Assembly (NCBI GenBank): GCA_965218585.1
Contig: CBDCLE010000007.1
Location: 39,241-103,240 of the forward strand
Length of the DNA stretch: 64,000 nt
Direction of reading: 5' to 3'
Source: Terriglobia bacterium
Lineage (GTDB): Bacteria; Acidobacteriota; Terriglobia; 20CM-2-55-15
The notes under the pieces are model-generated. The model was given only the letters and a program-made list of their open reading frames with translations, was not told the DNA's origin and searched no databases. Position numbers and translations under genes: made by a program. Shown here in pieces: positions 39,090 to 50,033 of this stretch; positions within the stretch are counted from its first letter, which is position 1; every line of letters begins with the position of its first letter.

Positions 39090-40127
39090 ATGACCTCACT
39101 CGATGGCATAAGCAACATTCTTGCAATTCGTCTTTCGGGAATCGGCGATGTCATCCTGATGATGCCGGCACTCGCCGAGCTCAAGCGTGCGTTTCCCAAA
39201 GCAAGTCTGACGCTGATTACCGGAAGTCAATGCGTGACCATTGCCGAACTGTGTCCGTATATCGACAATGTCGTTCCCGTGGACCGTAAGGCGCTCAAGA
39301 ACAAACCCAAACTGAGGGCCGCTCGCGAGATCTATTCCCTGATCCGAAACGTTCGGACCGACGACTTTGACCTTGTTATCGATTTTCACAGCCTGCGTGA
39401 AACGAACCTGATTACATGGGTTTCCGGTGCACCCCAGCGCTTAGGATTGAAACGGTCCGAGCGTGCGTACCTGTCGTTCTGCTTCAACCTTGAACCCGCT
39501 GTCCAAAATAACGACCTCCACATGCAAGACACGTTCAGGGCCCTCGCCCGAGGCGTACCCGGCCTGGAATCATCCGATGACATGAATGGCCCTGTGATCG
39601 AGATCCCATCCGAAGCGAAGGCTGTCGCGACTCGGCTCGCTGTTGAGGGTCCAGTTGTCGCTTTGAACGTCGGTGCATCCAGAGCACCGCGACGATGGGC
39701 CGCTGAACGATTTTCGACCCTCGCTTCTCACGCCGTGGATCACCTGGGAGCCTCGGTGCTAATCATCGGCGGGGCCTCTCCTGAAGAGGAGGCCGTGGCC
39801 CGCGAGGTCCAGAACGGCGCGGGCAACGTCGAGCGTGTGCATCTTGCAAACGGTTTGAGTTTTCCGGAGGTAGCCGCGGCAATCGACCTGGTGGATCTAC
39901 TGGTGAGCAACGACTCCGGACCCATGCATCTGGGACCGGCACTGGGGGTTCCTACGATCGGGATATTCGCGGGTGGATCGCCCAGGCACTACCACCCGTC
40001 GGGGCCTTTGGACCAGTATGTCGAGGGAAATTCGATGGATGAGATTCCAGTCGAAGCGGTGGTTCAGGTCCTCGATGAGGTCTGGGCGCAGATAGAAGGA
40101 AGGCGGGAGTCTTTAGGGAAAAGGTAG
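39090..40127 (+). CDS. Glycosyltransferase family 9 (LPS heptosyltransferase-like)
   Basis: IRLSGIGDV, FDLVIDF, RRW and VSNDSGPMHL motifs. Confidence 0.92.
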   Translation: MTSLDGISNILAIRLSGIGDVILMMPALAELKRAFPKASLTLITGSQCVTIAELCPYIDNVVPVDRKALKNKPKLRAAREIYSLIRNVRTDDFDLVIDFHSLRETNLITWVSGAPQRLGLKRSERAYLSFCFNLEPAVQNNDLHMQDTFRALARGVPGLESSDDMNGPVIEIPSEAKAVATRLAVEGPVVALNVGASRAPRRWAAERFSTLASHAVDHLGASVLIIGGASPEEEAVAREVQNGAGNVERVHLANGLSFPEVAAAIDLVDLLVSNDSGPMHLGPALGVPTIGIFAGGSPRHYHPSGPLDQYVEGNSMDEIPVEAVVQVLDEVWAQIEGRRESLGKR

Positions 40128-40144
40128 GGGCAGGTCACTCTTTT

Positions 40145-40531
40145 TTAGCGTGGCACGACGGCTGTACCTTCGATCTCAACCTTGGCACCCGGGACCATAA
40201 GTGCCGTCACCCCGACCAACGTCATGGCGGGATAGTGGTCACCGATCACCTCGCGGTAGGCATTTCCGAGGTCGGACCGGCTGGCCATATATTCCTCGAC
40301 ATCGGTCACGAACCAGGTAAGGCGCGTAAGGTAGCCCGCACGCGCATGGCCCTCTTCCAGTACCGTTACGATATTTCGTAGTGCCTGACGGGTCTGGTTA
40401 ACGAAGTCGGGACTCACTATGCGCTGGCTTGCGTCCCAGCCCACCTGACCTGCTACGAAGATGCTCCGGCCCTCGGCCTCCACACCATTCGCATATCCTT
40501 TAGGGTTCGGCCAATCCGGTGGTTGGAGCAT
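40145..40531 (-). CDS. RidA-family protein
   Basis: PKGYANG, FVAGQVGW, HYPAMTLV and VEIEGTA motifs. Confidence 0.88.
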   Translation of the reverse strand: MLQPPDWPNPKGYANGVEAEGRSIFVAGQVGWDASQRIVSPDFVNQTRQALRNIVTVLEEGHARAGYLTRLTWFVTDVEEYMASRSDLGNAYREVIGDHYPAMTLVGVTALMVPGAKVEIEGTAVVPR

Positions 40532-40542
40532 CCGCACCGAGG

Positions 40543-42114
40543 TCAGTTCGCTCGAAGCCAGGTTTCCTGCTCGCCAAGAAACGTCTCGACCGATTCCAGT
40601 TCGCCGCATGCCGCTATGTGACAGTCAGGACGGATGAGATAGGCTCGGCCACGCTCCCCGCCATCGTAGCGGCTTCGTGCGTCGCCCTCATCTGGGATCA
40701 TCCAGTCATGTGGCTGATCCCCTTTGCCCACCAGTGCATACGCAATTCCCTTCGTTTTGAATCGGCCTGCGAAGGTCGACTCCAGTGCACTCGCCCGCCG
40801 AATGACCTCACTCTCCGGTTCATCGGGCAAGACCATCAGCAGCACGTAACTGTCTGCAGGTACCAGATCGTAAACACGCCGGGAGCTTGAAATCATCCCG
40901 TCCGGTGCTCGATCGCCGACCTTCAAGCCCTGCGAGTCATCATCTTCACTACGGTAGGTATAGGAAATACCGGCAATCTGGCTGACGGCTCGCTTGTTCC
41001 AGTCGTCGGCTTCCATCAGCTCGATACGGTCAGCCATCTTGGCGCCGTGCGCCATGATGATGTTGTGCATGTAGTTAGTACCTTCGAGCATCTGGCGCGC
41101 CACCGGTCCCCGTTCGGTCCCATAGGTGTCCAGAAGCGATTCGTGGGCGAGCCCCCCCACGACCATGGCCAGCTTCCACCCCAGGTTGAACGCGTCTCCC
41201 ATGGCAACGTTCATCCCCTGCCCGCCTGCAGGAGAGTTGACATGCGCGGCATCCCCGACCAGAAACAGCGACCCGAGACGGTACGAATTGGCCTGGCGCC
41301 GGGCGTTTCGAAAGTTTGTGGCCCACAGCGGCTCGCCCAAACGCACCTTGCCTCCGAAATGCTGGTCGACGACCTCCTGAAATGCTTCCCGAGCCTGCTC
41401 CGCTGGAATGCCTTCGCTCTTGTCGCTGATCAGCACGCGAAAATTCGTGCCCGGCAGCTTGTTGATCAGGAGCATGTGATCTTTCGCAATGTAATAATGG
41501 ATCGCGTCTAAGGAGCCGTCGAATCCGTCGAGCGGCACGTCCACCATCCGCATCATGCCTTCATAGCGCTCGCCGTCGAATGGAATGTCCATCTTTTCGC
41601 GCACGGTGCTGTAAAACCCGTCACATGCGACCAACCATCGGACTTCGGCAACTTCGTCTTTCCCTGTGTCGGTGTGCCTGATCGTCACTTTCAAACCTTC
41701 ACCGATGGGTTCGAACCCCGTGAGCTCGCGATTCCATTCAGTCCGGATACCGCGCGCCGCCATCGCGTCACGCAGGATGGCCTCTGTGTCCTCCTGGCTC
41801 AGCGTCAGGCAGTAGGGAAACGTGCTGTCGAGCTCCCGAAAATCGAGCCTTGGAGTATCGGACATGCCGGGAAAGTGATAGTCCATCGAATAGGTCTTGA
41901 TGCCCTTTTCGACAAACGTGTCGGCGATACCCATCTGGCCGAGAAACTCGAGCGTCCGGGCATGTACGGTGAAGGCACGAGACGTCGTTTCAGGTTGGGC
42001 AAGCCTGTCGATGACGCGCGCCCTCACGCCCAGCTCCGCCAACCGGCACGCCATTACCATCCCGGAAGGACCGCCACCTACTATGAGGATCTGGTTGGTC
42101 TCGTCAGTCGCCAT
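40543..42114 (-). CDS. FAD-dependent monooxygenase (PheA/TfdB-like)
   Basis: GGGPSG, ACDG..S.VR, GDAAH.NSPAGGQGMN..D.FNLGWKL and C-terminal GDRAPD/LIRPD. Confidence 0.9.
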   Translation of the reverse strand: MATDETNQILIVGGGPSGMVMACRLAELGVRARVIDRLAQPETTSRAFTVHARTLEFLGQMGIADTFVEKGIKTYSMDYHFPGMSDTPRLDFRELDSTFPYCLTLSQEDTEAILRDAMAARGIRTEWNRELTGFEPIGEGLKVTIRHTDTGKDEVAEVRWLVACDGFYSTVREKMDIPFDGERYEGMMRMVDVPLDGFDGSLDAIHYYIAKDHMLLINKLPGTNFRVLISDKSEGIPAEQAREAFQEVVDQHFGGKVRLGEPLWATNFRNARRQANSYRLGSLFLVGDAAHVNSPAGGQGMNVAMGDAFNLGWKLAMVVGGLAHESLLDTYGTERGPVARQMLEGTNYMHNIIMAHGAKMADRIELMEADDWNKRAVSQIAGISYTYRSEDDDSQGLKVGDRAPDGMISSSRRVYDLVPADSYVLLMVLPDEPESEVIRRASALESTFAGRFKTKGIAYALVGKGDQPHDWMIPDEGDARSRYDGGERGRAYLIRPDCHIAACGELESVETFLGEQETWLRAN

Positions 42115-42476
42115 GGAAATATCCGAGAGGCAATCCTAACAGAGTTGTGGCGGCGGCATGATGTGGGCTGGATAACTTCAGGCCGCTTTTTCGTGCCTGT
42201 GTGGAAATTCAAGAGCTTTCCCGTCAACGACCGTCAACCGCTCGGGCACGGCACCGTCTTGACCTCAAATACTCCGCCAAACCTGGAAGTCAAGCCATTT
42301 ATTGTCTATAGCTTAAGCAGGATCGCGGGTACAGATCGGATGTCCCTACTGTATGATCCATTCACACTAAACAGTTGTAAGAGCGATGTCACTTCAGGGC
42401 AAGTCGTAAAAGTCTTGGTCTGGGACATGCCGATAAGTGTTGAGTGCCAAGGTCTTACGGAGCAAGAGGACACACC

Positions 42477-44587
42477 ATGAATATTCCACATCGAGTGCAG
42501 CCGGGAAGCGGATCCTTCGATCTCCGCCTGTGCCACCCAACCCCTCCCGTAGGAAGGCCCCGGCATCGGAGGCTTTCCTTCAAACCCTTTATTGCCAGCC
42601 TGTTGCTGCTGTGGGCCTCCGTCCTCGGCCCAGCCGTGGTTGCCAAGGGACAGGCGATCGAAGACTTGTCGAACCTGAGCCTGGAAGACCTCATGAACAT
42701 AGAGGTCACGACTGTAGGCCGGCGTCCGCAACCTCTCTCCGAGGCCGCCGCGGCCGCCTACGTCATTACGAGTGATGAAATTCGGCGTTCGGGAGCAACC
42801 AGCGTGCCCGATGCCCTGCGTATGGTGCCGGGCCTCCAGATCGCCAAACTCGATGCCAACAAGTGGGCTATCAGCGCTCGGGGTTTTAACGGACGGTTCG
42901 CCAACAAGCTTCTGGTTCTGATCGACGGACGGACGGTCTACACCCCACTCTTCTCAGGTGTCTATTGGGACGCCCAGGACATCCTGCTCGAGGACGTGGA
43001 CCGGATCGAAGTCATCCGTGGACCGGGTGCGACGCTCTGGGGAACGAACGCCGTCAACGGAGTCATCAACATCATCACGAAAGCTGCGTCGGAATCGCAG
43101 GGAGTGCTGGTGCCGGCGGCGGTTCGGAAGAACGCGGATTCGTCTCAGCCCGATACGGCGGCCGCGATAACAACCTCAACTACCGTGTGTACACCCAGTA
43201 TTTCGAACGCGACGATGGCCAGACCGCCGTCCGGGTGCCTGGCTTCGACGACCGGCGACTCACAAAAGGCGGCTTTCGGGTCGACTGGAACGGCGGCGCC
43301 GCAGATTCGTTGACGTTTCAGGGAGACATCTATTCGGGCAGGGCCAGCCAGATGGTGACGGTGCCAACGGTTGTACCGCCTTTCGGAGAAGTGTTCGACG
43401 GCGATATCGATACGGGTGGGGGAAACCTGATGGCGCGCTGGAACCATCTGTTTTCTTCCTCTTCGATGGATCTGCAGTTCTATTACGACCGGACAGAGCG
43501 AAGCGAGGTGCTCCTCGGCCGCGAGGACCGCAACACGTTCGACATCGACTTTCAGCACCAGGTTTCTATAGGCGACTCGCAGGAGCTGGTTTGGGGGCTG
43601 GGTTTTCGGTCCACAGCCGATTCGCTGACGGCCTCGAGGGTGGCCATGCTCAATCCGCCCGAACGAACCGTCACATATTTGAGTGGCTTCGTTCAACACG
43701 ACTTCCCACTGTCATCGACGACACGGCTGACGCTGGGCACAAAGGTGGAGTACAACAGCTTCACGGAAAACGAAGTCCAGCCCAACGCCCGTTTCCTCTG
43801 GAATCCCGATCCACAGATGTCGGCTTGGTTCGCGGTCTCGAGAGCCGTGCGGATGCCATCCCGAGCGGAACGTGACATGGTCCTCCTCAGAGCAGGTTTC
43901 CCTCCTGGAGATCCGCTCAATCCATCACTTTTTCCGGCACTCGTGACGATCGCGGGGAGTCAGGACTATGAATCCGAAAACCTCATCGCGTATGAAGGCG
44001 GCTGGCGCTACCAGTTCGGTGAAGTCGCTTCCCTTGATTTCGCTGGGTTCTACAACAGCTATGACGACTTGTTTACGAGTGAGCCGCTCGCGCCGGTTTT
44101 TGGGCTGACGCCGGGACCCCATCTCACTATTCCCAGCCTCGTCGGCAACCTGTCGGATGGGGAAACGTACGGTTTTGAAGGAGTCGCCGAGATCCGTCCG
44201 CTCAGCGAGTGGAGGATTCAGGGGACCTACAGCTATCTGCACACGAACCTGGACCTGAAGCCTGGCAGTGGCTCGTTTGTAACGCCACCGTTGTTCGAAG
44301 GAATGAATCCGAAGCACCAGGTCTCGGTCCGCTCGTCTATCGACATCCGCGATGACCTCGAATTGGATCTCAACTTCAGGTGGGTCGACTCGCTCCCTTC
44401 GATTCAAGTCGCAGACTACTTCAGCGGAGGAGCCCGCCTCGGATGGAGGCCGGTTCCGAACGTCGAACTGTCGATTGTGGGAAGCGATTTGTTGGCACCA
44501 CAACACTCGGAATTTGCACCGGTGTTCCTGGACACCCAGTCCGACGTTGAACGGTCGGTGTATGGAAAAGTCACTTTGGAGTTTTAG
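42477..44587 (+). CDS. TonB-dependent receptor, YfiR-associated type (frameshift near 43115)
   Basis: LSLEDLMNIEV, ARGFNG, LIDGR and RIEVIRGPG..WG.NAVNGVINIIT plug; barrel in frame 42965..44587 ends in F. Confidence 0.87.
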
Positions 44588-44611
44588 AGGAACGAATCAT
44601 CAGGTTTAAAG

Positions 44612-45166
44612 ATGACTCCGCGATCACATAACCGTTTCCAACTCTGGGGCCTCTGTCTCCTGATCTGTTGGATTGGTTTGTCTCCCGGGTATGCCCAACA
44701 GATCGGGGTGGCCGGCGAGTATGACCTGAAAGCGGCTATGGTCTTCAGATTCGTTTCGTTCGTCGAATGGCCGGAACAAGCCTTCGAAACACCGGATGCA
44801 CCGTTTGTGATTGGAGTCTACGGAACAGATCCGTCCGGAACCGCTCTGCGGAGCAGCGTAGAGAGCCAGAGCGTCGGTGAGCGCCAGTTCGAGGTCCGTC
44901 CGTGGGCCGCGGACGGTGATGACGGACCTCTGCACGTTCTCTTCATACCGCGAGGAAAAACGCTTCCCGAGCCCGAGCGAAACCGGCTCAGCGATGCCCC
45001 CGTTCTGATCGTCAGCGAAACAGAAGATCCGTCCTTACGGGGAATAATTAATCTGGTTATCGAAGACAATCGGGTACGATTCGAGATCAGCCGACAAGCC
45101 GCGGGTCGAGCGGGACTGAGGCTCAGTTCGCAGTTGTTGGGTCTCGCCCGAATCGTCGATGAATAG
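44612..45166 (+). CDS. YfiR/HmsC (DUF4154)-family periplasmic protein
   Basis: EYDLKAA..F..FVEWP, RVRFEI and L.LSSQLL.LA motifs. Confidence 0.88.
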   Translation: MTPRSHNRFQLWGLCLLICWIGLSPGYAQQIGVAGEYDLKAAMVFRFVSFVEWPEQAFETPDAPFVIGVYGTDPSGTALRSSVESQSVGERQFEVRPWAADGDDGPLHVLFIPRGKTLPEPERNRLSDAPVLIVSETEDPSLRGIINLVIEDNRVRFEISRQAAGRAGLRLSSQLLGLARIVDE

Positions 45167-45189
45167 CCGCTTTATTGGGATGGAACGAA

Positions 45190-45922
45190 ATGGGACGTAC
45201 CAATAGACGAACCCTTCCGATTCGCCAGAGACTCGCACGGACTACTCTGCTGAGTAGCGGCCTGGTCGTCTTGCTCGCCTCAGCCGGACTGTTGACATAC
45301 GACCTGATCGAGTTCCGCCGCTCACTGACTCAAGACCTGACAACCCAAGCCGAAATCATCGGCGCCAACGTCACGGCCGCCCTTGCGTTTCAGGATGATC
45401 GCGCAGCAACCGAGATTCTGGAAGCGTTGGAAGCCAAACGCGAAATTCTGCTCGCCGTACTGACGTCTTCAGACTCCGGAGAGCTGGCTCGATACGAACT
45501 TGCAGGTTCTGAGGCAGTTCTTCCGAGCGAGCCACTCGGCTCTCCCGGTTTTCGATTTGCGGATAATCGTCTTGAGGTGCTCCACGAAATTCGACTGCAA
45601 GGTGCCCCGATCGGTGAGCTGTACCTGCAGTCGGATACGAGCCAGTGGTTTTCGCGACTACAGACCTATGCCGTTCTGGTCGCGTTCCTGACACTGGTAT
45701 CAGGTGCGCTCACTGTTCTGCTGTCCTCCCGCGTGCAGACGCACGTAGCCGACCCGATCGCAAACCTCGAACGGACAATGCGGAAAGTAACTCTGGATCG
45801 GGATTACTCTCTCCGCACGACTGATACTGCGGATGGAGAAATCGGGTCGCTCATCGACGGCTTCAATTCCATGCTGGGAGAGATCGAGGACAGGAATCTC
45901 GCCTTGCAGGGAGCCAATCAGG
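45190..45922 (+). pseudogene. CHASE8/HAMP membrane sensor truncated by IS21
   Basis: TM, periplasmic AALAF.D...A.EIL, TM, then HAMP (DYSLR..GEIGSL..FNSML); the output domain is missing. Confidence 0.82.
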
Positions 45923-47913
45923 TGTTGATTTGCACCCAAAACTGATCCACTTAAAGCGGGTATTTGCATCGAAATTTGACCCACGTGTATACCCATTCCT
46001 GCCGATTAACAGAGCAGGAGGGCAAAGGAGTGATAGACGTGGCGATATTGAGTGTGATCAGACGCTGGCATGTACGAGAGGGCGTATCGATTCGAGAGAT
46101 CAGCAGGCGAACGAAGCTGTCGCGTAATACGATCCGGAAGCACTTGGCGAACGGCGCTCTGGAGGCGGTCTATCCGAAGCGCAGGAGCCGGAGCAAAGTG
46201 GACGGCTACGCCGAGTTGCTGGCGTCGTGGCTGAAGCGGGAATCGGCCCGGGGTCGCAAGGAGCGGCGTAATCTCAAGCAGCTGCACGGCGAGTTGATGA
46301 AGCTTGGCTACACGGGGTCCTATGACCGTGGTGTTTGCGCCCGGCGAAGCGTTCCAGTTCGACTGGAGCGAGGACTGGGTGGTCATCGGCGGTGAACGCA
46401 CGAAGCTGATGGTGGCGCAAGTTCAAACTCTGCCACAGCCGGGCGTTCATGCTGCCCCAGGTGGTCAACGCCCGGTTCAAGGCGATGGTGAGCCATTTCC
46501 TGTTCGAAGCGGAGTTCTGCACGCCTGGCGCCGGATGGGAGAAAGGCCAGATCGAGAAGAACGTCCGGGACGCGCGGCCCCGTCTGTTCCATGACGCGCC
46601 TGAGTTTGCTGGCTTCCGTGACGTGAACGTGTGGCTTGAGCGGCGATGCCGGGGTCTCTGGGACGAGATCCATCACCCGGAGCAGCCCCAGCGTACAGTC
46701 GCCGAGGTCTGGGCCGATGAGCACGCGCATCTGATGCGCATGCCGACGCCGTTCGATGGCTTTGTCGAGCACACCAAGCGTGTTTCTCCGGCCTGCCTTA
46801 TCGCCTTCGCGCGTAATCGCTACAGCGTGCCGGCCGCGTTTGCCAACCGGCCGGTCAGTGTCCGCGTCTACGCCGAACGCATCGTGATTGCCGCCGAAGG
46901 CCAGGTCATCGCTGAGCATCCGCGGGTGATCGCGCGCGGGCGCGACTGCCGGTCAGGGCGAACCGTCTACGACTGGCGCCACTACCTGAGCGTCCTCCAA
47001 CGAAAACCGGGCGCGTTGAGGAACGGCGCTCCCTTCGCCGAGCTTCCCCAACCTTTCAAGCGCCTCCAGGCGGCGCGGCTCAAGCGACCTGGCGGGGACC
47101 GGGAGATGGTGGGAGATCCTGGGCGCTGGTGCTGCACCACGATGAGCCGGCGGTGCTGCGTGCCGCCGAGATCGCACTCGCAGCCGGGGCCGCCTCCAAG
47201 CAACATGTGCTCAATATCTTGAGCCGGTTACTGGAAGCCTCGCCGCCCAGCCTCATCGATATACCCGATGCGTTGACACTGCTCAATGAACCGAAGGCCG
47301 ATGTTCATCGCTACGACCGCTTGAGAGGAGATGGCCATGTCATCTGAATCTCTGGTCAGCGCGCTGAGGTCGCTCAAACTCCATGGCATGGCGCAAGCGG
47401 TCGATGAACTCGCGCGGCAAGGCGCTCCGGCTTTTCTCAAACATAGAGCCCATGCTCCACACCTTAACCGAGGCCGAGGTCGCCGAGCGCGAGGTCCGCT
47501 CCATCAACTACCAGATGAGGACCGCCCGCTTCCCAGCCTATCGCGACCTCTCCAACTTCGACTTCAATGAAAGCCCCGTTGATGAGGCACTGCTCAGCTC
47601 ACTGTATCGATGTGACTTCGTCGCCGACGCTCACAACATCGTGATGATCGGCGGACCGGGCACCGGCAAGACCCATCTCGCCACGGCCATCGGCGTGCAG
47701 GCCATCACTCACCATCGCCTCAGAGTCCGGTTCTTCTCCACTATCGAACTCGTCAACACGCTGGAACAGGAGAAAGCCAAGGGTAAGACTGGGCAGATCG
47801 CCAACCGGCTCCTGCAAGTCGATTTGGTCATTCTCGATGAACTCGGCTATCTGCCGTTCTCGCAGGCCGGCGGCGCCTTGCTGTTCCACCTGCTGAGCAA
47901 ACTCTACGAGCGC
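45923..47913 (+). mobile_element. Degenerate IS21-family element (istA/istB remnants)
   Basis: TGT end with two internal repeats; istA from GTG 46030 (GEAFQFDWSE, GWEKGQIE) with apparent internal deletions; istB (GGPGTGKT, LDELGY) truncated after KLYER; no right end found. Confidence 0.87.
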
Positions 47914-48296
47914 GCCGAAGCATCTGCGCCAGACCAAATGGAGCAGCGAACTGATCCCGGGCGCACGTTCAGCGCGCAATATTTGCGCATGCAGCCTGAC
48001 CACCTTGACGTGCAGTGAAAGGCCATGGTATATCCACACACGTTTCGGAGTTGATACATAGCGGACAGCGTTCGACATGCGGGAACATAGGTGGTGCAAA
48101 ATTTGCCCGATGTAGAGCGAGCCCACGTAAATCCGAACCGACTGTTGTAGGAACCCCTTCCCTGCTTCTTGCGGACAGGCCAGAACACGTTTTGGGATAT
48201 ATCGTGTTCGCGAGAAATTGGGGGCAGGTAGACGTAACTGACCAAAGATGCCGGCAGATAGACTGGCGTTAGCGGCTATGAAATTGGAGGCTAGAA

Positions 48297-49262
48297 ATGG
48301 CAGATAAGAAAAATCATCGCGGTCGCGGGTGCGACCGGTGCACAGGGCGGCGGATTGTGCCGGGCTATCTTAAACGATAAGGACAGCGAGTTCGCCGTGC
48401 GGGCCCTCACGCGTAATCCCAACAGCGACAAGGCCAAGGCCCTCGCCGATCTGGGCGCGGAGGTTGTGGCCGCTGATCTCGATGACGAAGAATCTGTAAC
48501 AGAGGCGTTCAAAGGCGCCTATGGCGCCTACTGCGTCACGTTTTTCTGGGAACACTTCTCGGTCGTCAAGGAGCAGGGCCATGCCCGCACCCTGGCCCGC
48601 GCCGCGAAAGCGAACGACGTCAAGCACGTCATCTGGTCGACGTTGGAAGACACACGGGAATGGGTACCTCTCAGCGACGATCGCATGCCCCACCCTCCAG
48701 GGCAAATACAAAGTCCCCCACTACGATTCAAAGGGCTCGATCGATCACTTCTTCACCGACTTAGGACTTCCGGTGACGTTGATGCGAACGTCCTTTTACT
48801 GGGACAGCCTGTACATGTTCAAGATGGGCCCGTCGCAGGGAAAAGGGGACGAATATGAGCTGACGTTCCCGATGGGAGACAAGCAGATCCCCGGCATCGC
48901 CGCTGAAGACATCGGTGGGTGTGCGTACGGCATCTTCAAGGCGGGCCGATAAGTACATCGGCGAGACCGTCGGGCTCGTCGGAGAGAACCTTACCGGCGA
49001 GGAGATGGCCGGGAAACTGGCCACAGGTATGGGCCTCAACGTGAAATACTTCTCAGTGTCGCCGGACACGTACCGCGGCTTTTACTTCCCCGGCTCAGAC
49101 GACATTGGCAACATGTTCCAGGTCTGGGCCGATTTCGAGACGGAGTATACTGGGGAACCGGAGCTACGAACTGACGAAGGAACTCAACCCCAACCTGAGG
49201 ACGTTCGACCAGTGGCTCAAGGAATTCGGACACAACCTCCAACCCAGGATCACCGGCCAAGG
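48297..49262 (+). CDS. NmrA/HSCARG-family NAD(P)-binding protein (several frameshifts)
   Basis: GATGAQGG, WSTLED, PHYDSKG and GNMFQ spread over several frames; paralogue of 55542..56480; extra A in the run near 48310. Confidence 0.8.
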
Positions 49263-49267
49263 ATCTC

Positions 49268-49759
49268 ATGCAGTGGTCTCTCGACCATCACATGCTGTCA
49301 CGGCAACTCTACTTCTATATCAGCATTCCGGTCCAAGGACCGACGCGCGTGATGCAGCAAGTCGAGGTTCACCTCCAACACTTGTACCGACTGGAGCGGG
49401 AAGGTCTGCTGTACGCTGCGGGCCCATTCTCGGATTGCAACTCCGATGCGGACTTCGCCGGGGGAGGCATCATCATCCTTCGAGCCAAGAACATGGAGCA
49501 CGCCAAGCAGATCGCGGATTCGGATCCCTTCCACGTGACGGGCTGCCGAACCTACCAGTTATACCCCTGGGTCAATAACGAAGGCCGAGACCAGATCGAT
49601 TTCACCAAGTCCACCATGGAGGTCAAATACTGGGATGGTGGGTTGGAGTCGATCCATGAGAAGGATCAAGAAAGTCGCAGCCAATGGGGTAAGAATGACC
49701 CGAAAGACGACGACTTACCGCGATATACCCGGTGGGTAACGGAAATCGGGCACAAGTAA
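49268..49759 (+). CDS. YciI-like domain protein (possibly fused to NmrA)
   Basis: HLQHL..LE..G.LYAAGP, GIIIL.A, A.SDPFH and W..NEG motifs. Confidence 0.75.
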   Translation: MQWSLDHHMLSRQLYFYISIPVQGPTRVMQQVEVHLQHLYRLEREGLLYAAGPFSDCNSDADFAGGGIIILRAKNMEHAKQIADSDPFHVTGCRTYQLYPWVNNEGRDQIDFTKSTMEVKYWDGGLESIHEKDQESRSQWGKNDPKDDDLPRYTRWVTEIGHK

Positions 49760-49784
49760 GCCAGCCAGAGCTGTAACGAACCCT

Positions 49785-49823
49785 AAAAGGCCTGCGCCGA
49801 GATCATCCTGGTACAGGCCTTTT
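49785..49823. terminator. Bidirectional terminator-like hairpin
   Basis: AAAAGGCCTG...CAGGCCTTTT. Confidence 0.6.
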
Positions 49824-49958
49824 GTTTTTGGTCGTGGTGGAATGTTGTCCGCCAGATAAGGGGACAGACTACTCAATCCCCGAATTCGGGGCACCGAACA
49901 CCCATCAGAAACTGCAGGGCAGGCGTCTATTCGCATGCGGCCTAAATAAAATCGATCT

Positions 49959-49983
49959 GGGCGGTCATAGACCGCCCCTACAG
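49959..49983 (-). repeat. GTAG-type REP element
   Basis: Minus strand reads CTGTAG-G-GGCGGTC-TAT-GACCGCCC. Confidence 0.7.
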
Positions 49984-50033
49984 TTCAGATGAGCGCTCTT
50001 GGAAGATTGTCTGGGACGGGAATGGTCTATGAC

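Noticed and set aside
47914-48290. Short Cys-rich ORFs after the IS21 remnant
   Set aside because: They have no RBS or motif support and are probably intergenic sequence upstream of NmrA.
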